This document shows positions 1-9,327 of a DNA stretch of 45,957 nt, piece after piece (position 1 is the stretch's first letter; each line of letters opens with the position of its first letter). Position numbers and translations under genes: made by a program. The notes under the pieces were generated by a model that saw only the letters and a list, made by a program, of their open reading frames with translations, did no database searches and was not told the DNA's origin. Location: the NCBI GenBank assembly GCA_038209745.1, contig JBBQXJ010000034.1:1-45957 (forward strand). The letters are read 5' to 3'. Source of the DNA: Verrucomicrobiota bacterium (GTDB lineage Bacteria > Verrucomicrobiota > Verrucomicrobiia > Limisphaerales > CANJSG01).

Positions 1-456
1 GACGGGAAGGAGGTGGCATGGGACGACGCACACTTCAGAGGGAAGGTCGTCATCGTTTCGATCACCGGCACCTGGTGTCCGAGTTGTCATGAGGAGACGC
101 CGTTCCTGCAGAACCTCTATGCCCGCTTGCACAAGGCAGGACTCGAAGTCGTGGCGCTGGCGTTCGAATACACCGGCGACGCGGAGCGCGATCGGAAACA
201 GGTTCGCATCTTCGCTGATCGCCATGGCGTGACGTATCCGATGTTGCTCGCGGGCTCGACCGAGGACGCTCCGGAGAAGCTGCCGCAGCTGGAGAATTTC
301 GGCGCCTATCCGACGGCCATTTTCATCGGTCGTGACGGTCGGGTGAGACGTGTCCATACGGGCTTCGAAGGTAAGGCCACGGGCGGGCGTTCCGTGAAAC
401 TCAAAGCCGAGATCGAGGCGTTGGTCCGGGATCTTTTGGCAGAATCGGGGAAATAA
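1..456 (+). CDS. TlpA/ResA-like thioredoxin-fold disulfide reductase (5' truncated by window edge)
   Basis: Frame open from base 1; GTWCPSC CxxC motif, downstream YPTAIFIGRDG cis-Pro loop typical of TlpA/ResA. Confidence 0.85.
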   Translation, partial: DGKEVAWDDAHFRGKVVIVSITGTWCPSCHEETPFLQNLYARLHKAGLEVVALAFEYTGDAERDRKQVRIFADRHGVTYPMLLAGSTEDAPEKLPQLENFGAYPTAIFIGRDGRVRRVHTGFEGKATGGRSVKLKAEIEALVRDLLAESGK

Positions 457-947
457 GGTTCCTCGCTGTTTTCAATGGGCAGCGGGCGACACCGTTCACT
501 GGAAGGTTGAATGGAAAGGCGCCGCGGCGCCGCCCTCCGCCCGCTTCAAAGGGTTGGGCGGAGGACGCACCGAAGAGGGACACGGACACCGTCCGGATAC
601 ACCATGCGGTGAATTTTTCCTGCGCCGCCGATGGGCCACGAGGACGTGGTCCACTGCGCCCGGGGCGGGGGCGCTCCCCAACCCCACCGCCTCGTTCCGG
701 CTGAGACGGGCGGTCTCAAGTCGGTGATGACGGTATCGTCTGCAAATTGATCCGTGGCTGTTCCCCGCCGGCTTCCGCAGGACGGTTGCGGTTGAGCCGG
801 GGGTGGTTATCGAAGAAAGCCTTTACCGTTCGGGGTGATTTTTGCAGGCTCTAACCGTTGTGAGGTTCCAGTTAATCCAGTATCGAACCGAACGCCTTCA
901 CCGGGCGATCCCCCCGTTTCCCCCCATTCCACAAGCCCATCGCACCC

Positions 948-1595
948 ATGAACTGGTATTACGTCATCAACGGTCAACAAACCGGCCCCGTCACCGAATC
1001 CCAGCTCGATGAGCTGGCCCGTGCCGGAACGATCAAGTCGGACACGCTCGTCTGGGCGGAAGGCATGGCGAACTGGCTGCCCTACAACCAGGCCCGGGGT
1101 GGCGGAGTGCAGGGACAACCGCCGATCATCACGCCGATGTCGGGTGGGCTCGGCGGATTCCAGGCGTTGTCGGCTGATGTGGCGAAGAAGCGGGTCCAGG
1201 GGCCGGCCATCGGGTTGATCGTGAGCGGCGCCATCGGTGTTTTGATTGGATTGGCCAATGTGGCCCAGTCCGTCATGGGCGGCGCGGGACAGCAGGCGCA
1301 ACTGGGCAAGGCCGTGGCCGAGCTGCCGCCTGAATTCCAGCATTGGGGCGAAATGATCGGGAAGATGACGGGGCCGATGGGAATGGTGTTCGTCGTGATC
1401 GGTTTGTTGATCAGCGTTTTCACCATTTTCGCCGGGGTCCAGATGCAGCGGCTCCGCAACTTTTGGATGCCGATGACCGCGTCGATCCTGGGCATCCTGT
1501 CGTGCTTCTCCGGCTGTTGCTGCGTCAGCCTGCCGATCGGCATCTGGGCCATCGTGGTCCTGATGAAGCCCGAAGTGAAATCCGCCTTCGAGTGA
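948..1595 (+). CDS. GYF_2 (DUF4339) domain membrane protein with Cys-rich C-terminal TM segment
   Basis: MNWYY...QQTGPV...TLVWAEGMANW GYF_2 signature; about three hydrophobic helices; CFSGCCCVSLPIGIWAIVVL. Confidence 0.85.
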   Translation: MNWYYVINGQQTGPVTESQLDELARAGTIKSDTLVWAEGMANWLPYNQARGGGVQGQPPIITPMSGGLGGFQALSADVAKKRVQGPAIGLIVSGAIGVLIGLANVAQSVMGGAGQQAQLGKAVAELPPEFQHWGEMIGKMTGPMGMVFVVIGLLISVFTIFAGVQMQRLRNFWMPMTASILGILSCFSGCCCVSLPIGIWAIVVLMKPEVKSAFE

Positions 1596-1596
1596 G

Positions 1597-2088
1597 ATGA
1601 AGCCCGTCGAGCCCCAGCGCAACGCCGCGATGCCTACGGCGGTGCCGCCTCCGGTGCCGTGGCCCTCCGCCGTGCTGCGTTGGCGACGGGCGATCATGGC
1701 GGTCGCGCTGTTGATCGCGGGGGGGGTCGTGTCCTGGATGGTCTGGTCCACGGAGCCGAACGGGCAGTTGTTCTATCCGCGATGCCAGTTCCACAGGCTC
1801 ACCGGGCTGCAATGTCCCGGCTGCGGCGCGACCCGGGCCGTGTATTACTTGTTGCACGGCGAAGTGGTGGCCGCGATCCGGAGCAACGCGCCGTTGGTGC
1901 TCTTCTTCGTGCCGCTCCTGGGTCTGTGGGGCTGGAAGGGGCTCTTGGGCCAGCGGGTCGAACATCGCTTCACGGGGCGGTGGGCCGTCGGGATTTTGAT
2001 CCTGCTGCTCGCCTTCTTCGTGGTGCGGAATCTGCCCGGTCCCACCCATGCTTGGTTGAATCCGCCTCCATCCGCCGCCTCGCCATGA
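1597..2088 (+). CDS. DUF2752 family membrane protein
   Basis: C-x-FHRLTGLQCPGCGATRA motif, AAIRSN and VVRNLP segments, three TM helices. Confidence 0.9.
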   Translation: MKPVEPQRNAAMPTAVPPPVPWPSAVLRWRRAIMAVALLIAGGVVSWMVWSTEPNGQLFYPRCQFHRLTGLQCPGCGATRAVYYLLHGEVVAAIRSNAPLVLFFVPLLGLWGWKGLLGQRVEHRFTGRWAVGILILLLAFFVVRNLPGPTHAWLNPPPSAASP

Positions 2089-3155
2089 ACTGGTTCTACG
2101 CCGAAAACGGAGTTCAACGCGGACCGATCGAAGATTCGCAGTTCGACCAATTGGCCGCTTCCGGCGCGATCAAGCCTTCGACGCTCGTGTGGTGCGAGGG
2201 CATGGCCGGATGGAAGCCCTACGCGGAAGCGCGACCCGTCGCCGGTGCGGCACCGACCACCGCCGGCGTTATCTGCGCCGGTTGCGGCGGGAGCTTCTCC
2301 GTCGACGAGGTGGTGCGGGTCGAAGGGCGTTTCGTTTGTGCGAACTGCAAACCGGCGATTCTCCAGCAGATGCTGGAAGGCGTCGCGCCGTCCGGATCAG
2401 GATCACGAGGCACGGTGTCCGAGGCGGATCTGCTCCAGCGGGACTATTCCGTGGATATTGGCGGCTGCCTTGGGCGCAGTTGGGAGACGTTCAAGGCGGA
2501 TCCATGGACCATCATCGGCGTGTCGATCCTGGCCTACATCGCGATGGTGGCAGGGGGGATCATCCCGATTCTCGGCCCCATTCTCCAGTTCGCGGTGCAA
2601 GGAGCCATCTTGGGCGGCGTGTGGCTGTTCTACATCAAGAAAGCCCGGGGCCAGGTCGCCGGAGTGGGCGATGCGTTTTCGGGTTTCGGGCCAAGATTCG
2701 GCCCTCTCTTTCTGGCTTCGTTCATCCCGACGGTCATCACCCTGCTGGTCGTCGCGGTTGCGGCGATTCCGTTTGTTTTTGGGTTCATCGCGACAGCTGC
2801 GAGCACGGGGCGGGGCGGGGCGGGGCCGGAGATCTCCGCCGCGGTCATTGCGGGGTTGGTCATTGGTGGACTGGTTTTGGCTTTTCTGATCCTGGTCGTG
2901 ACGTTGATGTGGTTCTTCGCCCTGCCGCTGGTCATCGACAAGGGCTACGGCTTTTGGTCCGCGATGGAGCTCAGCCGGAAGACGGTATTCAAGCGGTTCT
3001 GGTCGACCGTGCTCATGGTGATCGTGGCCTGGTTGCTGATGGCGGCCGGGATTATGGCCTGCCTGGTCGGAGTTCTCGTGACCGGGCCGGTCGTGTTCGG
3101 AATGTTCGCCGAACACTATAAATGCGTCTTCGATGATCTCACTCCCCAATCGTAG
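2085..3155 (+). CDS. GYF_2 + Zn-finger + multi-pass membrane domain protein
   Basis: ATG at 2085 overlaps previous stop (ATGA); MNWFY..QRGP..TLVWCEGMAGW; CAGC...CANC; C-terminal polytopic domain (FWSAMELSRK). ORF-track start at 1659 is an upstream extension. Confidence 0.85.
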   Translation: MNWFYAENGVQRGPIEDSQFDQLAASGAIKPSTLVWCEGMAGWKPYAEARPVAGAAPTTAGVICAGCGGSFSVDEVVRVEGRFVCANCKPAILQQMLEGVAPSGSGSRGTVSEADLLQRDYSVDIGGCLGRSWETFKADPWTIIGVSILAYIAMVAGGIIPILGPILQFAVQGAILGGVWLFYIKKARGQVAGVGDAFSGFGPRFGPLFLASFIPTVITLLVVAVAAIPFVFGFIATAASTGRGGAGPEISAAVIAGLVIGGLVLAFLILVVTLMWFFALPLVIDKGYGFWSAMELSRKTVFKRFWSTVLMVIVAWLLMAAGIMACLVGVLVTGPVVFGMFAEHYKCVFDDLTPQS

Positions 3156-3161
3156 AATCCC

Positions 3162-3917
3162 ATGAATTGGTATTACGCACACCACGGTCAGCAGCTCGGT
3201 CCTGTTGACGACTCCCAGCTCGACGGCTTGATCTCCAGTGGCACGGTGCAGCCCGACACTCTGGTCTGGTCGGACGGGATGGCCAATTGGCAACCCTTGA
3301 GCCAGGCGCGCGCGACCGGACCGACTGGCGCGCCGGCCGGGAGTTTCTGTTCCCAGTGCGGTCGTGAATTTCCGCCCGAGGCGCTGATCCGGATCGCCGA
3401 CCGGACGGTGTGCTCCGAGTGCAAGGCGGTGGTGCTCCAGCAGCTTCAGGAAGGGGTCTTGAAGCCCGATAGCCAGGCGCACGAATACGGCGGATTCTGG
3501 ATCCGTTTCGCCGCCAAGTTCATCGATGGTCTCGTCATGGCCATCCCGATCTACGCGGTTAATTTTGGCGTCGCCTACGCGATGTTCGGCGTGCTGATGC
3601 CCCAGCCGGATCCGAACAACTGGGGGCCGTTCCTCGGCTATCAGGGGGTGATCACGGCGTTCAACATTCTCTTCGGCATGGCCTACTCCGGTTTCTTCCT
3701 CGGCAAATACGCGGCGACACCCGGCAAGATGGCGTGCGGATTGAAGGTGATCCGGGCCGATGGAACGGAGATGACCTTTTGGCGCGGAGCAGTGCGGTAT
3801 CTCGGTGAATTCGTCAGCAGCCTGACGTGCTTCATCGGCTACATCATGGTGGCGTTCGACGAGGAGAAGCGGGCGCTGCATGACCGCATGTGTGGCACGC
3901 GCGTGGTGAAGAAGTGA
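3162..3917 (+). CDS. GYF_2 + Zn-finger + RDD domain protein
   Basis: GYF_2 N-terminus; CSQC...CSEC; RDD motifs GFWIRFAAKFIDG, ATPGKMACGLKV, RALHDRMCGTRVV. Confidence 0.9.
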   Translation: MNWYYAHHGQQLGPVDDSQLDGLISSGTVQPDTLVWSDGMANWQPLSQARATGPTGAPAGSFCSQCGREFPPEALIRIADRTVCSECKAVVLQQLQEGVLKPDSQAHEYGGFWIRFAAKFIDGLVMAIPIYAVNFGVAYAMFGVLMPQPDPNNWGPFLGYQGVITAFNILFGMAYSGFFLGKYAATPGKMACGLKVIRADGTEMTFWRGAVRYLGEFVSSLTCFIGYIMVAFDEEKRALHDRMCGTRVVKK

Positions 3918-4513
3918 CGACGGCCATCCCAGCGTCTCCCGCGATTACCTGCGCCCGCTGCAAGCGGCCGCTGCCTCTGGAGATGTTCAATGTGCCGGGC
4001 ATGACGGACTGCCCGGATTGCGGCACGCCCACCCGCGTGCTGGCTTTTCCGGCGTTGAACCGCCGGCGCGGGAACACGGGTCTCTCGGAAGACGTGATCG
4101 TGGACGGCGACGCGGGCTGCTTCTTTCATCCGGCCAAGAAGGCGGTCGTGGGCTGCGGAAACTGTGGCCGGTTCATCTGTGGTCTCTGCGACCTGGAGCT
4201 CAACGGCCAGCACCTCTGTCCGAACTGCCTCGAATCCGGCAAGCAGAAGGGCCGATTGGCCGAGTTCGACAGCCAACGGACGGTGTATGCGGGTCTGGCA
4301 CTCACACTGGCGCTGGTCTCCTGCATCATCGGTCCGCTCGCGCTGATCACGGCGCCCGTCACCCTGTTCATCGTCGTCCGGCACGGGAAAACTCCGGGCA
4401 GTCTGGTGGGAGGTTCCGGAAACGTATCCCGGGTCGTCGCCGCGGTTCTCGCGGTGCTCCAGATCATCGGCTGGATCGTGTGGATCGTGTGGATCGTCGT
4501 CCTGGCCACATGA
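3914..4513 (+). CDS. Cys/His-rich (Zn ribbon + B-box-like) membrane protein
   Basis: GTG at 3914 overlaps previous stop (GTGA); CARC..CPDC then CFFH..CGNC..CGLC..HLCPNC; two C-terminal TM helices. Confidence 0.8.
   Translation: MTTAIPASPAITCARCKRPLPLEMFNVPGMTDCPDCGTPTRVLAFPALNRRRGNTGLSEDVIVDGDAGCFFHPAKKAVVGCGNCGRFICGLCDLELNGQHLCPNCLESGKQKGRLAEFDSQRTVYAGLALTLALVSCIIGPLALITAPVTLFIVVRHGKTPGSLVGGSGNVSRVVAAVLAVLQIIGWIVWIVWIVVLAT
4472..4498 (+). repeat. 9-bp tandem repeat x3 (TGGATCGTS) encoding WIV-WIV-WIV
   Basis: tggatcgtg tggatcgtg tggatcgtc read directly. Confidence 0.8.
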
Positions 4514-5058
4514 AGGACCGCCCCTACAAACGCCTGCCGGGTCGCCGGTTCCTCAGCATGGCGGGCAAGCAAACCCTGTGGCTCGGGAGGGACCATCTGT
4601 TGAGCGTGTGCTCCAGCGGGTTCGCCGAACAGTATCGGCGGTTCTTCCTCCGCGACATCGCGGCCATCACGGTGCAGCGGACGCGGCGGTGGATGATCTG
4701 GAACCTGATTCTTGGTGGCACTGTGCTGTTTATCGTTTTGCTAGGTATGGCACTCGCCTTAAGCGGTGTATTGCCTGCCGTTGACCAACTAGCCGGCGAT
4801 CTGTTGATAGCATTAGTTTTTCTCCCGTCATTTTTGGCTCTGCTCGTCAATCTCCTCCGGGGGCCGACCTGTTCGGTCCGCATCCAAACGGCGGTACAGA
4901 CCCGCGAGATCCCGGCGGTGGGCAGGCTCAAGGCGGCCGACAAGCTCCTCGCGGAACTCACGCCCTTGATCCAAGCGGCCCAGCTTGTCAGCCCGCCTCC
5001 GCCTCCCTCCTCGCCCGTTCCGGAACCGCCCGCCGCCCCGGAGGATCCCGTCCTATGA
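4510..5058 (+). CDS. Hypothetical membrane protein (TM hairpin, Pro-rich C-terminal tail)
   Basis: ATG at 4510 overlaps previous stop (ATGA); two hydrophobic helices; PPPPPSSPVPEPP tail; stop overlaps next start. Confidence 0.75.
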   Translation: MKDRPYKRLPGRRFLSMAGKQTLWLGRDHLLSVCSSGFAEQYRRFFLRDIAAITVQRTRRWMIWNLILGGTVLFIVLLGMALALSGVLPAVDQLAGDLLIALVFLPSFLALLVNLLRGPTCSVRIQTAVQTREIPAVGRLKAADKLLAELTPLIQAAQLVSPPPPPSSPVPEPPAAPEDPVL

Positions 5059-5378
5059 TCTCCCTTTCCGGCCATGTCTGCCTGAACCACGCCGGTCGCG
5101 AAGCGGTCGCGAAGTGTCCGGGGTGCGGCCAGTTCTTCTGCCGGGAATGCATCACCGAACACGACGACCGGGTGTTGTGCTCCGGCTGTCTGCGCAAACT
5201 TGTCCGCATCGATGCGCCCAAGGGACGGTGGGGAACCTTTCTGGCCCGTTCGCTCCAGATGATGGCGGGATTTTTCGTGGCGTGGGTGATGTTTTATGCG
5301 ACGGCGAGGGTGCTGCTGTCGCTCCCGGCGAACTTCCACGACGGGACCCTCTGGAAAACCTCGCTCTTCGAGGACTGA
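5055..5378 (+). CDS. Small B-box-like Zn-finger membrane protein
   Basis: CLNH..CPGC..CREC..H..CSGC followed by one TM helix; ATGA coupling. Confidence 0.8.
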   Translation: MISLSGHVCLNHAGREAVAKCPGCGQFFCRECITEHDDRVLCSGCLRKLVRIDAPKGRWGTFLARSLQMMAGFFVAWVMFYATARVLLSLPANFHDGTLWKTSLFED

Positions 5379-5380
5379 GC

Positions 5381-7021
5381 ATGAAGCCGCGCCGCAAGAA
5401 CGCCCCGAGCCCGGTGGACCTCATCGAGGACGCGGTCCATCTGCTGCGCGAAGCGTCGTTTGGGACGTGGGTGCTGTATTTTACGGGCACCGTTCCCTTC
5501 GTGCTGGGGCTGCTCTACTTCTGGGCCGACATGTCGCAGAGCGCGTTTGCGGACCAGCGGGCGGTCGGCGCGGCGCTGGGCATGGTGCTGCTGTTCCTCT
5601 GGATGAAGACCTTCCAGGCCCTGTTCGCCGCGAGACTGCGCGCGTCGCTGATCGCGGTCCCCTCGCCCCGGTGGACAGCGAAAGGATTGGCGTCGCTTGT
5701 GGGCGAGCAGGTGCGTCTCCAGTCATGGGGCTTGGTCGTAATGCCCGCGGCGTGCTGTCTGATCCTTCCGGCTGGATTCGCCTTCGGCTTTTTCCAGATC
5801 CTGACCGCGTTGCCGGAGAAGGGCCCGGGCGGTTCCCGGATCCAACGGGCTTGGAAGGAGCTCGTCCGCTGGCCGTCGGAGGACTTCATGACGCTGCTGC
5901 TGCTGCTGGGACTTTGGTGGCTGCTCGCGGTGAACATCCTCGTCGTGATCTATCTGGGGCCGAGCCTGCTGAAGACTTTGTTCGACTACGAAACGCTGTT
6001 TTCCCGAAGTCCTTGGGCGGCCTTCAATACGACCCTCCTGATGTCCGTGCTCATGGTGTCGTGGCTTGGCTGGGATCCGTTGGTCAAGGCGGTCCATGTC
6101 ATCCGCGTTTTCAAGGGCGAGGGGCGAGAGAGCGGCGCGGACCTGTTGGCCCGTCTGCGGCATGTCTCCCAGCGGATGGCTGGAGCGGCGATGCTCGTGC
6201 TGGGCTTGTTGAGCATGGCGGCGAACGCAGCCGAACCGTCGCTGAACGGCGATGAAGCCGTGATCGTATCGGGTTCAGAACGTTCGCCCGTCACGACGCA
6301 GGAGCTGAACCGCTCCATCGACGAGGTGCTTCGACAACGCCGCTACAGCTGGCGGATTCCACGCGGCGCCTTCGTCAAGGACGACCGGGCAACGGAGGCA
6401 GGCGGCTGGCGTCATTGGTTGCGGAGCTTCGCGGACTCGATTGGTTCGGCGGCCAAGCGGGTCGCTCGCTGGATCGCGGATCTGTTCCAGTTGAAGGGTC
6501 GGAACTCGAACTCCTCGAACATCTCCTTCGCCGACGCGGCCACGGTGCTGAAGTGGATCTTGATCCTGCTGATCGCCGTGGTTCTCGGAGCCTTGGTCTG
6601 GCTGCTGGTGAAGGCGTGGATCCAGCGTCCACGCGTCGTCGGCGCGGCGGCGGACGCGACGCCGGCGATTCCCGACGTGTCGGATGAAAACGTCGGTGCC
6701 GACCAGCTGCCGGAAGACGGCTGGATGCGGCTCGCGGTCGACCTGATGGGCAAGGGAGACTTCCGCCTCGCGCTGCGCGCCCTGTATCTCGCGAGCCTCG
6801 CGCACCTCGCCCAGCGGGAGTTCATCCGGTTGGCCCGCCACAAGTCCAACCGCGACTACCTGCGCGAGGTCCACCGTCGCGCCCGGGCCTTGCCCGAGAT
6901 CTCCGCGGCCTTCAGCACCAACGTCGGGGCCTTCGACCGCGTGTGGTATGGGCGGCACCCGGCCACGGGCGAACTGGTCCAGGAATTCCGCGCCAACCTG
7001 GAAAGGATCCGCGCGTGTTGA
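5381..7021 (+). CDS. DUF4129 domain multi-pass membrane protein
   Basis: ATG 5381; N-terminal polytopic region; C-terminal GDFRLALRALYLASL...KSNRDYLRE...FDRVWYG DUF4129-type motif. Confidence 0.85.
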   Translation: MKPRRKNAPSPVDLIEDAVHLLREASFGTWVLYFTGTVPFVLGLLYFWADMSQSAFADQRAVGAALGMVLLFLWMKTFQALFAARLRASLIAVPSPRWTAKGLASLVGEQVRLQSWGLVVMPAACCLILPAGFAFGFFQILTALPEKGPGGSRIQRAWKELVRWPSEDFMTLLLLLGLWWLLAVNILVVIYLGPSLLKTLFDYETLFSRSPWAAFNTTLLMSVLMVSWLGWDPLVKAVHVIRVFKGEGRESGADLLARLRHVSQRMAGAAMLVLGLLSMAANAAEPSLNGDEAVIVSGSERSPVTTQELNRSIDEVLRQRRYSWRIPRGAFVKDDRATEAGGWRHWLRSFADSIGSAAKRVARWIADLFQLKGRNSNSSNISFADAATVLKWILILLIAVVLGALVWLLVKAWIQRPRVVGAAADATPAIPDVSDENVGADQLPEDGWMRLAVDLMGKGDFRLALRALYLASLAHLAQREFIRLARHKSNRDYLREVHRRARALPEISAAFSTNVGAFDRVWYGRHPATGELVQEFRANLERIRAC

Positions 7022-8256
7022 GATCCGGAAAATGGAGCGTGGCGTGGTTGCTGGCGCTGGCCTCGTTGCTCGGCTTCGGCGTTTGGCAGCTGCTCTCCCT
7101 GCGCTACGAAGTGGGCGACGTGTATCCGCCGTATTCCACGCTGCGGAGCGATCCGCTCGGGTCGCGGGCGCTCTACGACGCCTTCGACGAGCTGCCGGAG
7201 GTGCGGTGTCGCCGGAACTTCGAAGTGCTGGAGCGGATGGGTTCCGGTGCGGACACGTCGTTGTTCATCCTGGGGGCGGACTGGGACGACTTCGATCTGA
7301 CCGAGGAGGACGAGGCGCTGTTGCTCGACCGATTCATGAAGTCGGGCGGCCGATTAGTGGTGGTCTTTCGGGGGCGCCTCGGAGAATCGATCTTCCGGCA
7401 ATCGTCGCGGAAAGCCGGCGCGCGGCGCCTGAGTCTGCGCAAACCGCAGAGCGGTCCGCCGAAGCCCGCGGGCTCCAAGATCCAACTCGAGAAGCGTTGG
7501 GGCATCGGTCTCGACTATCGGACCTTCCCCACGAACTCGATCGCGGAAGACGGAACGATCACGCCGGTGATCGTGAGCCGGGCCGAGGGGTCGACGGCGC
7601 TGCCCGGAACCCTCGAATGGCGTTCGGCCATGGTCTTCAAAGTCCACACCAACACCGTTCCACCGGAGGCGTGGCGCCACGTCTATCTGCGGGACGGCAA
7701 CCCGGTGGTGGCGGAGCGGAGCTTCGGCCGGGGTTCCCTGGTGTTGATGTCCGACGCGTTCTTGGTGAGCAACGAGGCGCTGTGGAAAGATCGGCAGGTG
7801 GAGGTGCTGCGCTGGCTCGCGGGCAGTTCGCGGCGGTTGATCTTCGATGAAACCCATCTCGGGGTGGCTGAGAAGGCGGGCATTGCCACGCTGTTCCGCC
7901 GCTACCAGATCTTCTGGGTGGTGGGCGCCGCGCTGGTGGTCTTCGGCCTCGCCATCTGGCGGAACTCGAGTCCGCTGGTGCCGACGTTGGACGACGATCC
8001 GGTGGCGTTGGCCCGGGAAGGCCGCGACTCGCGGAGCGGCTTGGTCAACCTGCTGCGACGCACCATTCCGCCCGCTGAAGTGCTGGGCTATTGCTTCCGC
8101 GAATGGCGGAAGTCCGGCCAGGCCCGGCGGCAGGTCTCGGCGGAGCGGCTGCGCAAGGCCGAGATGTTGGCCGCCGGCGCCGAACCCACGCCGGGCGGGA
8201 AGACGCATCCGGTCGAGGTCTACCGGGAGATCGCGCGGACTTTGAGGAAGAGATGA
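7015..8256 (+). CDS. DUF4350 domain protein
   Basis: N-terminal TM, YSTLRSDPLGSRALY, GRGSLVLMSDAFLVSNEAL, LIFDETHLG; position before MoxR. Start GTG 7015 or TTG 7018. Confidence 0.8.
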   Translation: MLRSGKWSVAWLLALASLLGFGVWQLLSLRYEVGDVYPPYSTLRSDPLGSRALYDAFDELPEVRCRRNFEVLERMGSGADTSLFILGADWDDFDLTEEDEALLLDRFMKSGGRLVVVFRGRLGESIFRQSSRKAGARRLSLRKPQSGPPKPAGSKIQLEKRWGIGLDYRTFPTNSIAEDGTITPVIVSRAEGSTALPGTLEWRSAMVFKVHTNTVPPEAWRHVYLRDGNPVVAERSFGRGSLVLMSDAFLVSNEALWKDRQVEVLRWLAGSSRRLIFDETHLGVAEKAGIATLFRRYQIFWVVGAALVVFGLAIWRNSSPLVPTLDDDPVALAREGRDSRSGLVNLLRRTIPPAEVLGYCFREWRKSGQARRQVSAERLRKAEMLAAGAEPTPGGKTHPVEVYREIARTLRKR

Positions 8257-8329
8257 TCTAGAGATGCGTCTTCTGCGGCCCTTGAAACCGGGCGGGGGAC
8301 GACACGGACAACGCCGGTGAACTGAATTT

Positions 8330-9295
8330 ATGGACGGAACACTTGAACAACTGAAGGACGTGCTGGCGCGGGCGCGCGGCGAGGTGGCCAAGGTCATCAT
8401 CGGCCAGAGCGACGTGGTGGATCTGGCGTTGATCGCCATCTTCACCGGTCAGCACGCGTTGATCGAAGGCGTGCCGGGCGTGGCCAAGACGCTGCTCGTG
8501 CGGACGCTGGCGCGGGTGCTGGGCTGCGAATTCAACCGCATCCAGTTCACGCCGGACTTGATGCCGTCGGACATCACGGGCACGAGCGTCTTCAACCTCC
8601 AGACGAACTCGTTCTCGCTGGTCAAGGGGCCGGTCTTCACCGCGTTCCTGCTGGCCGACGAGATCAACCGTGCGCCGGCCAAGACGCAGTCGGCGCTGCT
8701 CCAGGCGATGCAGGAGCGGCAGGTGAGCATCGACCGCGACACGCACATCCTCTCGCCGGCGTTCACGGTGTTCGCCACGCAGAACCCCATCGAATACGAG
8801 GGCACCTATCCGTTGCCCGAGGCGCAGAAGGACCGGTTCATGTTGAAGATCGTGATGTCCGCGCCCGACCGCGCCGACGAACTGCTGCTGGCCAAACGGA
8901 TGCTCGGGACGGATGCGCCGGAGGCGACTTTGGCGGCGGGGACGGTCGAGTCCGTCCTCTCGGTGGAGCTGCTGCCGGCGGTGCGCCGGGCGATGAACGG
9001 GGTGGTGCTGCGGGAGGAGTTGGTCGCGTATCTCGTCGATGTTGTGCGGGCGACGCGGCAGGAGGAGAGCGTGCTGGTCGGAGCCGGACCCCGCGCGACG
9101 CAGGCGCTGCTGCTGGCGAGCCGGGCAGCGGCGGCGCTCGCCGGCCGCGACTTCGTGACGCCCGACGACATCAAGGCACTCGCGTTACCGGTGCTGGGGC
9201 ATCGGCTGGTGTTGCGGCCCGAGTTTGAGATTGAAGGCGTGTCGGTGGCTGAAGCCGTTCAGCGGGTGCTGGAGAAGGTGGCGGTCCCGCGCTGA
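8330..9295 (+). CDS. moxR: MoxR family AAA+ ATPase
   Basis: Walker [25 protein letters not shown], Walker [41 protein letters not shown]. Confidence 0.97.
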   Translation: MDGTLEQLKDVLARARGEVAKVIIGQSDVVDLALIAIFTGQHALIEGVPGVAKTLLVRTLARVLGCEFNRIQFTPDLMPSDITGTSVFNLQTNSFSLVKGPVFTAFLLADEINRAPAKTQSALLQAMQERQVSIDRDTHILSPAFTVFATQNPIEYEGTYPLPEAQKDRFMLKIVMSAPDRADELLLAKRMLGTDAPEATLAAGTVESVLSVELLPAVRRAMNGVVLREELVAYLVDVVRATRQEESVLVGAGPRATQALLLASRAAAALAGRDFVTPDDIKALALPVLGHRLVLRPEFEIEGVSVAEAVQRVLEKVAVPR

Positions 9296-9327
9296 GGAAG
9301 GAGACCATGAAACGGACTCAACAAATA

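Noticed and set aside
457..947. About 490-bp intergenic region as possible ncRNA, riboswitch or small ORFs; weak TTGTGA-N17-TATCGA promoter at 858-886
   Set aside because: Only short GC hairpins; no recognisable RNA family; small ORFs lack protein-like composition; the -10 match is too poor to report.
1659..2084. Long N-terminal extensions in the ORF track (also 4018, 4985, 10786, 25524, 25982, 40261, 42987 and the 25407 and 44705 - strand starts)
   Set aside because: They overlap real neighbouring genes in other frames; true starts are supported by stop/start coupling, signal peptides or domain boundaries.
5055..5378. Rhomboid protease
   Set aside because: Only the Zn-finger and one TM helix are present; no GxSG/His protease core.
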